64,000 bases of DNA from Salinispira sp. (GTDB taxonomy: Bacteria; Spirochaetota; Spirochaetia; DSM-27196; Salinispiraceae): contig OZ271918.1 in assembly GCA_965602015.1 (NCBI GenBank), positions 1,024,001-1,088,000 of the forward strand, read 5' to 3'. This document shows positions 52,347 to 61,504 of the stretch, piece after piece. Both the position numbers and the translations under genes were made by a program. The notes beneath the pieces were generated by a model, which saw only the letters and a list, made by a program, of their open reading frames with translations, ran no database searches and was not told the DNA's origin. Position 1 is the stretch's first letter. Each line of letters opens with the position of its first letter.

Positions 52347-52383
52347 TTGGAAAGGTTTCCAATACTATTGGAAACCTTTCCAA
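52347..52383. promoter_or_regulatory. Perfect 37-bp inverted repeat made of two LacI/cre-like boxes
   Basis: TTGGAAAGGTTTCCAATA-C-TATTGGAAACCTTTCCAA. Confidence 0.65.
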
Positions 52384-52580
52384 GGCATTTCCGCCTTGGG
52401 TTCGGCGCTGTACCATCGGCTTCAGTACCAGGCACCAAATCTTCGCCGTTCTCCACGACCTACCTCCGCGCGTCATTTCGGCGCCAACTAAATTATGGGA
52501 ATAACCGGAGCGGAAAACCGTTCCGGCAGACATTTCATTCTGCCCGTTGGGTGTGAAAAATGTTTCAAGGAGGTTTCGTA

Positions 52581-53801
52581 ATGAAGAAACTGCGAAATTT
52601 GGGGATAGCGCTTCTGGCCGCATTGGTTCTCTTGGCCGGCTGTGCAAACCCCTTTGTTGGAGAAGATGGTGAAGTTGCCACCGTCAGCGGAATCGAAGGT
52701 TCCTCTGGTTTAGGTGTCATCGAACTGTCTTGGACTGAACCGGATGTAGACTTTGCTCAGGTGGAAATCTCATTTTCATCGGAGACTGATACCGACAACA
52801 CAGTCGTTACAGTAGACAAAGGGACCACGTCCTATACATTCGAAGAATTGACCGGTGTCGACGAAGAATACACCTTCGTGTTTACCACCGTCACTTCGAA
52901 TGGTGTGAAGGCAAGTAAAACGGCGACGTTCGCAATCACCGAAGGTCAACTGACTGTAGCCGATTTGGCCGCTGCGGTGGAAAGCACCAGCTCTGCAATG
53001 CTCACATGGACAGAGCCGGACTTCCCCTATGACAGCGTTACCATCGATTGGGTTAACGTTAATGACGCCGCGGACAACGGATCGGTAGCCGATATTGCCC
53101 GTGACGAAAAATACGATGACACCGACACAGAAACCGAATGGGACCCCAACAGATCCTATGAGGTTACGGGACTTACTCTCGACGAAACCTATACCTTCGA
53201 GGTGACCATCGTTCTCGGCAGCCGCTCATCTTCAGTCTCCGTTACTTCTGATGAATTGCTTCTTGAACTCTATCAGGGTTTCCCGAATATCTACACTTTC
53301 GGACCCGAGCTGGTAGGTGGATGGCCCGGTCAGGCTGACGTTGCGGTTAATGCTGATACTGGTCTTCGAAGCATCACCTTCGCTGCGCAAAGTTCAATCG
53401 ACGGAGTAATTCTGAACGGCGGCGGACTCACACAGACTGGTAATATCGCTATTAGCGCTCCCGGCGTGTATCTCATCGACGTGGACAATGATACGGTTTT
53501 CGGAGCTACTGATCCCAGCACTGTAATTGTAATGTGGGCGGACAGAAACAGACCGAACGTATATACATTCACTCCCGAAGCTGCAGGTGGATGGCCCGGC
53601 ACAAGCCCCGATGAAGTTAAGGGAATCCGTTCATTTGATACCGAATTGACAAGTGTCGGCGGAGTAATCCTCAACGGAACCGGCCAGACCGGAAACATGA
53701 CCAATACCACCGAAGCCGGTTATTACCTCTATACCGCGGTTGATACCCTTACCAAGCTCGGTCCGGACGGCGGTACTGACATCGTTATTTATTGGAAATA
53801 A
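52581..53801 (+). CDS. Lipoprotein with two FN3-like domains and two CBM26-like starch-binding repeats
   Basis: Lipobox LAGC; L(S/T)WTEPD twice; repeats PN.YTF.PE..GGWPG...GVILNG..QTGN starting at 53283 and 53553. Confidence 0.7.
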   Translation: MKKLRNLGIALLAALVLLAGCANPFVGEDGEVATVSGIEGSSGLGVIELSWTEPDVDFAQVEISFSSETDTDNTVVTVDKGTTSYTFEELTGVDEEYTFVFTTVTSNGVKASKTATFAITEGQLTVADLAAAVESTSSAMLTWTEPDFPYDSVTIDWVNVNDAADNGSVADIARDEKYDDTDTETEWDPNRSYEVTGLTLDETYTFEVTIVLGSRSSSVSVTSDELLLELYQGFPNIYTFGPELVGGWPGQADVAVNADTGLRSITFAAQSSIDGVILNGGGLTQTGNIAISAPGVYLIDVDNDTVFGATDPSTVIVMWADRNRPNVYTFTPEAAGGWPGTSPDEVKGIRSFDTELTSVGGVILNGTGQTGNMTNTTEAGYYLYTAVDTLTKLGPDGGTDIVIYWK

Positions 53802-53816
53802 GCACAGGAGAATGAC

Positions 53817-55928
53817 ATGAAAAAACTAGTTCTTGTTGTAACAGCTCTCCTTCTCGCGGTACTGCCCGTTGTGGCCCAGTCTTCCGTGAGTCTTGAGCTC
53901 CCCGATGAGCTGGTACTGGTGTTCCGCTATGAGAACGCCGATGCCGCCACGGTGAATATTGCCGGCCCCTTCCAGGGCTGGGATCCCGAAGCCACTCCCA
54001 TGGAGCAGGTTGAACCGGGAATCTGGGAATATCGGCTCGATGTAACAGCCGCCGACTCCATCACATTCAAATATGTTGTCGATGGTGAGTATCTCGGAAG
54101 CATGGAAGGTCTTGCTCCTTCTACCAGCGAAGACGGATTCGGTGGTAAGAACGGGGTTGTGGCTGTGGCTGACATGGCTGCTGCAGGTGGAGCAGATGAC
54201 GATGTGTTCCGCACAAGCCTTACCTTCGGCTCATTTACCCAGTTCTACTCAGACACCAGCATCAGAACAACATCTATCGCTCCCGGCGATGACGGCGATT
54301 TTCTCAAGGGCTTTGAAATGGATAACAGTATTTTCAAGGCTGCGTCCTACTGGAAATACACTGCCGGCATCCTTCCCGGTATCGATTCCTTTATTGAGCT
54401 AAAAGCCTTTGACGGAACCATCACCATATTCGAACAGGCTCCCGATGCCAGTGCGGATCCCGATAATATTCTCGATCCAGCAGTCACCATCGAGGATGGA
54501 CTGGAAAATATCGCTGAAGCGCTTTTTGGTCCTTTCCATACCTTCAACGGCGATGCCCAGCCCGAGCTCGGCCATTTTAAGGCCGGCATAACGACTCCGT
54601 TTGTTGAGTTCTCGACAGGGTACAAAAATGCCAAAAGCGACGAATCCAGCCGCGAGTTGATGTACGAAACCTTCGACAACGGCGCCAGTGCCAACGACGG
54701 TTTCTTTGAAATCGCAAACGGTGCAGAAATTTCCGAGTTCGGCGGGCTGACTCTTGATGTCTTGCTCGGACTCACTAAGCGGGCCGGCGGACACGGTATG
54801 TACTCCTGGATCGATCTCGGCGTTGCAGGTTTCGATATCAGCATCGCATACAACACCCTCGCCAACCGTCTTGATGACGATGCCCTTCGCTACTACTTCT
54901 TCGATGCACGGCACACCATCGGTCTCGGACTGGATGCAGCTGACCTGGTTCCCGATCTTCTGAGCCTAAAAGTAGAAGCCTTGACCACCATTGACGCACT
55001 TGAAACCTATGATGCCGCTGATGACATTGTTGCCGGTCTCGCAGGTGATCTTACTCTCAGTGATATTTTCTCAAGCGGCTTCTATGCAAAGTATGCGGGC
55101 AACGGTGTTGTTACCCTCTTCGGTGACGACAGCACTCTCGATGCAGGACTGTTCAAAGCCGGTATTTCGCCGGTAAGCAAACCCATCGAACTTCTTCAGG
55201 TCGGGGCCAATTACGATCTTGAGGTGGACAATGAGTTCGCTGGGGACCTGGAACACGATATCAATCCGTACCTGAACGTGTATCTGGCTTCCGTACTCGG
55301 TCTCGACATCACCGTCGGCGGCTTTTCGAACCTCGCCCTTGTTGGTTCGGACTTCAGCTTCGTCGATGCAGGCGGTACCGTGAGCGTAAAGGACGTGGCT
55401 ATTCTTTCTGAAATTGGTCTGGGGTACACCTACAAGCAGGATGCGGCCGATACCGGATACTTCAATGTGGCAACCGGCGAACTGATTCCGGTTATATCCA
55501 CCGTATACGCCGGATATGATTACACCGCTGAAGCCCTCGATCAGGGTGCGGCTTATCTGGGTACTGAAATTGTCGGAATCGCCGAAGCCATCGAAGGCAT
55601 CAATGTAGATTTCGGCTGGAAGGCCCAGGATGTGTCCATGATGGCTCAGGCGGATTTTGTCAACGATTTCGCTGCAAACCTCGGCGCCATCGTACGACTG
55701 GCAGACGGCGAAACTTCTCCCTTCGGTGTGGCACTCGGCGGTAACGTGACCCTCAATGACGCCTGGAAGAAAGGCATCGCCTTCCTCCAGATGGGATATG
55801 ATTTTGATCCCTATGGCGGCATAAATGACGGCAAGATTGACTTCGACGAAGATTCACCCAACTACCTCGAAAATGTTGGCGGTCAGGGCGAAGCGTTTGT
55901 ATCTTTTGGTATCACCTGGAACTTCTAA
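53817..55928 (+). CDS. CBM48/AMPK-type glycogen-binding domain fused to a putative outer-membrane beta-barrel
   Basis: Signal peptide; VNIAGPFQGW...PM...GIW...FKYVVDG; then ~570 aa of alternating strands ending FVSFGITWNF. Confidence 0.75.
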   Translation: MKKLVLVVTALLLAVLPVVAQSSVSLELPDELVLVFRYENADAATVNIAGPFQGWDPEATPMEQVEPGIWEYRLDVTAADSITFKYVVDGEYLGSMEGLAPSTSEDGFGGKNGVVAVADMAAAGGADDDVFRTSLTFGSFTQFYSDTSIRTTSIAPGDDGDFLKGFEMDNSIFKAASYWKYTAGILPGIDSFIELKAFDGTITIFEQAPDASADPDNILDPAVTIEDGLENIAEALFGPFHTFNGDAQPELGHFKAGITTPFVEFSTGYKNAKSDESSRELMYETFDNGASANDGFFEIANGAEISEFGGLTLDVLLGLTKRAGGHGMYSWIDLGVAGFDISIAYNTLANRLDDDALRYYFFDARHTIGLGLDAADLVPDLLSLKVEALTTIDALETYDAADDIVAGLAGDLTLSDIFSSGFYAKYAGNGVVTLFGDDSTLDAGLFKAGISPVSKPIELLQVGANYDLEVDNEFAGDLEHDINPYLNVYLASVLGLDITVGGFSNLALVGSDFSFVDAGGTVSVKDVAILSEIGLGYTYKQDAADTGYFNVATGELIPVISTVYAGYDYTAEALDQGAAYLGTEIVGIAEAIEGINVDFGWKAQDVSMMAQADFVNDFAANLGAIVRLADGETSPFGVALGGNVTLNDAWKKGIAFLQMGYDFDPYGGINDGKIDFDEDSPNYLENVGGQGEAFVSFGITWNF

Positions 55929-55940
55929 GAGGAGAAGGCA

Positions 55941-56378
55941 ATGAAAAAAACAGTATTAGTTATTGCCGTCCTTATGGCGGCAGTGCTTCTTGGTTCCTGC
56001 GGGAATACCCTTTTTAACGCAAGCGGAGTGTTCATCACCGAGCTTACTGTTGAGAACCTTCCTGCAGAGGGCGAATATGCTCTTGCCGGTTCGTTTTTCG
56101 AGGAAGAATGGACCAACACCTATCTGGCAACCCAGTCGGTGGAAGGTTCGGTAACCTGGGAATTTGACCCCGCGCTTGAGGTACCGGTCGGTGATTCGGA
56201 GTTCAAGATTGTTCAGTCCGGCACTTGGAATTTCGCTGTCGAAGGAGGATTTAGAGATCCCCACGGCAACGCGAACGTCTTCGACGCCGAAGGTCTGACC
56301 ATCGACGGCGGCGAGTGGGTTATTACCTTCGATGCCACCAAGACCGAGTCTGAAGCCATGACTGCGGTTAAACCGTAA
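55941..56378 (+). CDS. Small lipoprotein with a SusE/SusF-like carbohydrate-binding domain
   Basis: Lipobox LGSC; YALAGSF...W...EFKI...W...GNANV...GEWVITFD. Confidence 0.6.
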   Translation: MKKTVLVIAVLMAAVLLGSCGNTLFNASGVFITELTVENLPAEGEYALAGSFFEEEWTNTYLATQSVEGSVTWEFDPALEVPVGDSEFKIVQSGTWNFAVEGGFRDPHGNANVFDAEGLTIDGGEWVITFDATKTESEAMTAVKP

Positions 56379-56485
56379 CAGCATTTTTCCCTTCCGGCAT
56401 TCGCCGGGGGGGATTTCGAGCGTCGCTTTCGATTCCGAAGCGGCGCCCGGTATCCTCCTTTTTTGGGGTAGCGTTGGGGTTTCGG

Positions 56486-56521
56486 GGCTGCTTGGTGTTT
56501 CACCAGGCAGCCTTCTTTTTT
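56486..56521 (+). terminator. Terminator-like hairpin between the binding-protein genes and the GH13 gene
   Basis: GGCTGCTTGGTG-TTT-CACCAGGCAGCC followed by TTCTTTTTT. Confidence 0.6.
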
Positions 56522-56530
56522 GGGGGAGTA

Positions 56531-58501
56531 ATGAATAAGAGCGTAATCATTTTGTCGGGCATTTTGGCGGTGCTTATATTATTAACATCCTGTCCCGGAC
56601 CGGTGGACAGCGGCACAACTATTCCGGCCGATTGGCAGTACGGTGCCGAATATTTGGGTTCAGGCCGGGGAACGCGATTTGTTCTTCACGCTCCCGGGGC
56701 TTCCACCGTCTATGTCAGCGGTACGTTCAATAGTTGGGATAAGACCCCTATGAACCGGGACGGCGATAATTTCTGGGTTTAAATTACCTCTGCATCCCCG
56801 GGCGACCGGTACAAGTACCGGTCAGATGATTTTAGCGGTGAATGGATAGCCGATCCATTTTCCCGGGCGGTGAGCGCTGACGCCGATGAGAACTCGGTAA
56901 TAATTGACCCTGACGGCCCTGCTTCCAATTATATCTGGCAGTCCACTGCCTGGGCCCGCCCGGACCGCCGGGATTTGGTCATTTACGAGATGCATGTGGC
57001 GGACTTCACCTGGCAGGAAAGGGAGGCTCCGTCTTCAAGCGCAGGCCTGGTTGACGGAGATGCGGTGTCCGACGGCAACCAGGGAAGCTTCGACGGTGTC
57101 ACCGAACGCATTGAGTACCTTGAGGCCTTGGGTGTCAATGCGGTCCAGCTCATGCCGGTCCAGGAATGGCCGGGGCAGTTCTACAGCTGGGGGTACAATC
57201 CCTCGCTCTATTGGGCAATCGAAGCGGGGCTTTCCAGCAATAGAAGCGATCCGGAACAGGTGCTTCTGGACTTCAAGGAAATGGTCGACGCTCTCCATCA
57301 ATCGGGGATAGCGGTGATTCTTGATGTGGTGTACAACCACGTTGACGGCTCCTCTCCGTTGAGCAGAATCAATACTGCTGGCTATATCGACGGCGATACT
57401 CCCTGGGGCCCAAGGCTGGACATTAGCGATGACTTTATCTACTCCTATGTTCTGGATAATCTTAAGTACTTAATGGATGAGTTTCGAATTGACGGCTTCC
57501 GGTTTGATGCCACGGAACACAGCGACGGGGCCTCAATGCGCTCGCTGATTAATGAACTCTACAGCCTGGGTTACGGCGACCGCTATTATATTTTTGAGGA
57601 ATTCAACGGCGACCACAACGAGGCGATTCAAGCATATAATGCCCTCCACGGGGAAACCCGAATATCCAGCTGGGGCACGGGCTACAAGGATGCCATCTAT
57701 CCGGCACTGGCTGATGCGGGATACTCCGGCCTGGGTTCGGTGACCTATCACTCAAATGATAACGGCTGGATTCAGGCGGCTTCGGCCATCAGCTATGCAA
57801 GCAGCCACGACGAGGGAACCCTGTACTTTCATGCAGGCAATGACGATATAAGCTCTGACGGAATCGGCGATGACCTTGCCGATCAAAAGCAGCTTGCGCT
57901 GACCTCCCTTACCCATGTACTCACAAGCCTCGGAATTCCCATGATCTGGATGGGAGACGAGCTCATGCGCGATCACCGGGGCAATAGTTCCGATACGGTC
58001 AGCGGTTCCGGAAGCAATGTGGATGAAATCAACAATCAGGTCGATTGGCAGGGGCTTGCCTCGGCAAACAGCGAGTACTTTCTATACCTCAGTAACCTGA
58101 TTCACCTGCGTGCTATACATCCGAGCATCGGCCGGGCAGTCAGCCAACCGGACAGCGACGGAAGTTCTCTGTCCGACGGATTTATGTGGTTAAATAGTTG
58201 GGGAGATGAGGGTGACATTAGCACCGGCCTGATTGCGTACATCAGGGCGGTAGCAGGAGACCGGCCCTTCGCCGTCTTTATCAATTACGGTGATTCCGAC
58301 AAATCAGGATTTGTTGTTAATCTTCAGCCGCCATACCAGTCGTTAAATGAGAGCTGGACCCTTGTTGCCGACAGTTCAATCCCTCTGGCTTCTCAGGCCG
58401 GGCTGTCTGTGGGCGGTGATTTGCTGTTTGCCGGTGGACAGGCGACGCTTACAATTCCTTCCAATACCGCATATATTTTTATGGGGCCCGTGAATTTCTA
58501 A
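56531..58501 (+). pseudogene. GH13 alpha-amylase family lipoprotein with N-terminal CBM48, interrupted by one in-frame TAA (56780-56782)
   Basis: Lipobox LTSC; VSGTFNSW; frame continues past TAA (ITSASPGDRYKY...IADPFSR); DVVYNH, DGFRFD, FEE and SHDE catalytic regions intact. Confidence 0.85.
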
Positions 58502-58519
58502 CGCCACTGGAGGTGAGCC

Positions 58520-58975
58520 ATGCGCCGTTTTTTTATAATTTACACCAGCCTGTCCCTCCTCTTTTGCGCCCCGCTGTGGACCCAGGAGCTTCCCCGTGAG
58601 GTGACAAGTTTTATGGCGGTTGATGAAAATTTCTCCGCCGACCGCAGGTATGCCCAGGTAATAAAGGCCGAGGCCAGACAGGCGCCCAACGGAACGTGGG
58701 TTATTTCCACCACAATTGACCACAATGACGAACGGCTTCCCGACGGAACCGAGCACTACGCCGACCGTTGGGAGGTGGTAGACCCGCGAAACGGCGAGGT
58801 GCTGGCCGTGCGCAGGCTTCTTCACTCCCATATGTACGAAATGCCCTTTACCCGCAGCCTAAGCGGCGTGGTGATTCCCGAGGGACTGGACCGGGCACAC
58901 ATTCGGGCGGCCTGCACCCATCATGGTTTTGCGGGCCGGCAGGTTCTTTTGCCCCTGTTCAGCCGGGAAGAGTAA
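58520..58975 (+). CDS. Exported His/Cys-rich small protein (possible metal-binding, SOR-like motif)
   Basis: Signal peptide; HND...EHYADRWEV...LHSH...PFTRS...RAACTHHG. Confidence 0.65.
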   Translation: MRRFFIIYTSLSLLFCAPLWTQELPREVTSFMAVDENFSADRRYAQVIKAEARQAPNGTWVISTTIDHNDERLPDGTEHYADRWEVVDPRNGEVLAVRRLLHSHMYEMPFTRSLSGVVIPEGLDRAHIRAACTHHGFAGRQVLLPLFSREE

Positions 58976-59066
58976 AGACCAAAATCCGTGCTCGGGGAGT
59001 TTTCCTTGTCCCCTTTACATAAATTAGATATCTTTTCAAAAATCACAGAATGTAATAGAGGCAGAC

Positions 59067-59960
59067 ATGAGCAGCAGCACGGCCACAGCGGTACCGGTAC
59101 AGGATATACATCTACAGCTTTTTGAGCAGGGGAGTCGGACCTACTACAACGCCACCCGTTTTTTTCCCCGGGAGCTCAGAGAGAGGGTAACCCTCCTGTA
59201 TGCCTTTGTGCGCAAGGCCGACAGTCTTGTGGATGATATCCCCCAGGATCGGGCAGGTTTTGAAGCGTTCTGCAAGGCATTCGAGAGCCTGCGGGAGGCC
59301 GCAGCGGTGGATCTGTCCATTGTAAACAGCCCCGATGTTGATCCGGTGATCGGCGGTTTTGTCTACCTCGAGAAAACCTGTCCCTTTGATCCGGCTTGGG
59401 CAGATGCTTTTCTTTACAGCATGCGACTCGACCTTGAAAAGAGTCATTACGACTCCCTTAATGAAACCCTCGAATATATCTACGGCTCGGCTGAGGTAAT
59501 AGGGCTTTTTATGGCGAGAATAATGGGCCTGCCGGATGACTCTCTGGAAGGGGCAAAAATGCTCGGACGGGCAATGCAGTATATCAATTTCCTGCGGGAC
59601 GCCGACGAAGACAATGAACTTGGCAGACGCTATATCCCTTTGAGGGAGTCGGGACTTGCGGGACTCGACAAGGCAAGCGCCTCCAAACAGCCATTGGTGT
59701 TTGAGAAATTCTACCGGGAAGAACTGAACCGTTTTCGCCGGTGGCAGGCCGACGCGGATACAGCGTTTAAATATATTCCCCGCAGATACCGAATACCCAT
59801 AAGAACCGCGTCGGATATGTACCTGTGGACCGCAGAACAGATTTACCGTGATCCCTGGGTGATCTTCGACCGTCAGGTAAAGCCCGGAAAGCTCCGAATT
59901 ATCCTCAGGGGCTTAGCAAATACGCTTCGAGGCGGCATGCCGCGGAAAATGCGCTACTAA
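59067..59960 (+). CDS. crtB: Phytoene synthase
   Basis: LYAFVRKADSLVDD, YGSAEVIG, QYINFLRDADED..LGRRYIP. Confidence 0.93.
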   Translation: MSSSTATAVPVQDIHLQLFEQGSRTYYNATRFFPRELRERVTLLYAFVRKADSLVDDIPQDRAGFEAFCKAFESLREAAAVDLSIVNSPDVDPVIGGFVYLEKTCPFDPAWADAFLYSMRLDLEKSHYDSLNETLEYIYGSAEVIGLFMARIMGLPDDSLEGAKMLGRAMQYINFLRDADEDNELGRRYIPLRESGLAGLDKASASKQPLVFEKFYREELNRFRRWQADADTAFKYIPRRYRIPIRTASDMYLWTAEQIYRDPWVIFDRQVKPGKLRIILRGLANTLRGGMPRKMRY

Positions 59961-59989
59961 AGCGATTAGCCAAAACGGAGATCGGATAC

Positions 59990-61504
59990 GTGAACCACAG
60001 TGCAGCTAAAAAAAAGACGGTGATTATCGGGGCGGGTTTCGGCGGTTTGGCCTCTGCCCTCTATCTGGCCTCCAAGGGCAGGTCTGTCGCCGTATACGAC
60101 AAACGGGATCAACCGGGCGGCAAGGCCTACTCCTTTAGCCTCGGGGAATACCGGTTCGATGCCGGTCCCAGCCTCTTCACCCTCCGGGATTATTTTGAAG
60201 AGCTTTTTTCCCTCTCGGGGGCCCGATTTTCCGACTATGTAGAAACAATTGAACTTGACCCCATCACCAGCTATTTCTTCGCCGACGGCAGCACAATCCG
60301 CAGCAGACCGGGAAAGGCTTTTCTCGATGAGGTGGAACAGTTCGCCCCGAATCAGCGGGAGGGTATGATGCGGTACCTGGAGTACTCGAAGCGCATACTC
60401 GACATCAGTGAGGACCTCTTTCTCAAGAATCCGTTGAGTCACTGGAAATCCGGCGGTCCTCTGACCGCGGTTAAAAACCTTATGAAGCTCGGGGGAATAG
60501 ACGTTTTCCGCCGCATGCACAATGCCAACTCGGGCTTCGTGTCTGATCCTCGGTTAATCCAGCTTCTCGACCGCTTCGCGACATATAACGGGTCCAATCC
60601 ATATCTGGCGCCGGCGGCTCTCAACTGCATAGCCTGGGTGGAACACGGACGCCCGGTGTATGCCCTTCGTCATGGAATCGCAGCCATCCCTGCGGCCATG
60701 GAAAAGCGTGCGAGGGAGCTGGGGGTTGAGTTTCACTATGGAAAAGAACTGATGTCGTTCCAGCCTCCTGATTCGGGTGCGGATAAGTTCCGCCTGCATT
60801 TTTCCGACGGCGAAATTGTGCGAGCCGATAAACTCATCGCCGATGTGGACATCCTGCGATGGTACGAAGACATCGCCAAAACTCCTAAGCGTCATGCGGC
60901 AAAACGCTATAGAAGGCAACCCTCCAGTTCCTCGGCAGTGGTGTTCTTTTGGGGAGTTAAAGAAGCGTTCCCCCGCTTGGGGCTGCACAACATATTCTTC
61001 TCGTCGGATTACCGGCATGAGTTCGACCAGATTCACCGGGAAAAAAAACTGCCCGATGATCCGACGGTGTATGTAAACATCGGGTCGAAATTCAGCCCCG
61101 AGGATGCTCCGGAGGGCTGTGAAAACTGGTTCGTCATGGTCAATGCTCCCTGGCACAGCGAGGGGCGTTCCTGGGAAAAGGATATCGGAAAGCTTCGCTC
61201 GACGGTAATCGAACGGATAAATCGGGACCTCGGGACCAACCTCAGCCCGCTCATTGCGGAGGAGAGGATTCTCAGTCCCGACATAATAGAGGAAGAAACC
61301 GGCAGTTATCGCGGCAGTCTGTACGGAATCAGTTCAAACAATATGACCGCCGCGTTTCGCCGACACCCGAACCGGTCGCCCTATTTGAGGGGTTTGTACC
61401 ACTGCGGCGGAAGCGTACACCCGGGCGGCGGCATGCCCCTTGCCGTCAGTTCAGGCATGATAGCTGCCCGACAACTTTTGGAGGATGAAAGTGGAAGCAA
61501 GTAA
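59990..61504 (+). CDS. crtD: CrtI-family desaturase, most like 1-hydroxycarotenoid 3,4-desaturase
   Basis: IGAGFGG, FDAGPSLFT, RFATYNGSNPY, AAFRRHPN...GGSVHPGGGMPL; adjacent to cruF. Confidence 0.75.
   Translation: MNHSAAKKKTVIIGAGFGGLASALYLASKGRSVAVYDKRDQPGGKAYSFSLGEYRFDAGPSLFTLRDYFEELFSLSGARFSDYVETIELDPITSYFFADGSTIRSRPGKAFLDEVEQFAPNQREGMMRYLEYSKRILDISEDLFLKNPLSHWKSGGPLTAVKNLMKLGGIDVFRRMHNANSGFVSDPRLIQLLDRFATYNGSNPYLAPAALNCIAWVEHGRPVYALRHGIAAIPAAMEKRARELGVEFHYGKELMSFQPPDSGADKFRLHFSDGEIVRADKLIADVDILRWYEDIAKTPKRHAAKRYRRQPSSSSAVVFFWGVKEAFPRLGLHNIFFSSDYRHEFDQIHREKKLPDDPTVYVNIGSKFSPEDAPEGCENWFVMVNAPWHSEGRSWEKDIGKLRSTVIERINRDLGTNLSPLIAEERILSPDIIEEETGSYRGSLYGISSNNMTAAFRRHPNRSPYLRGLYHCGGSVHPGGGMPLAVSSGMIAARQLLEDESGSK

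Noticed and set aside
52055..52580. CRISPR array, tRNA or small ORFs in the long intergenic gap
   Set aside because: No repeat-spacer periodicity or cloverleaf; the short ORFs simply read through the palindromes and lack coding features.
773..56782. TAA reassignment or a non-standard genetic code suggested by two in-frame TAA codons (773, 56780)
   Set aside because: TAA ends many clearly complete genes here (serS, rel, rubredoxin, pdhC, crtB), so point mutation or sequence error is more parsimonious.
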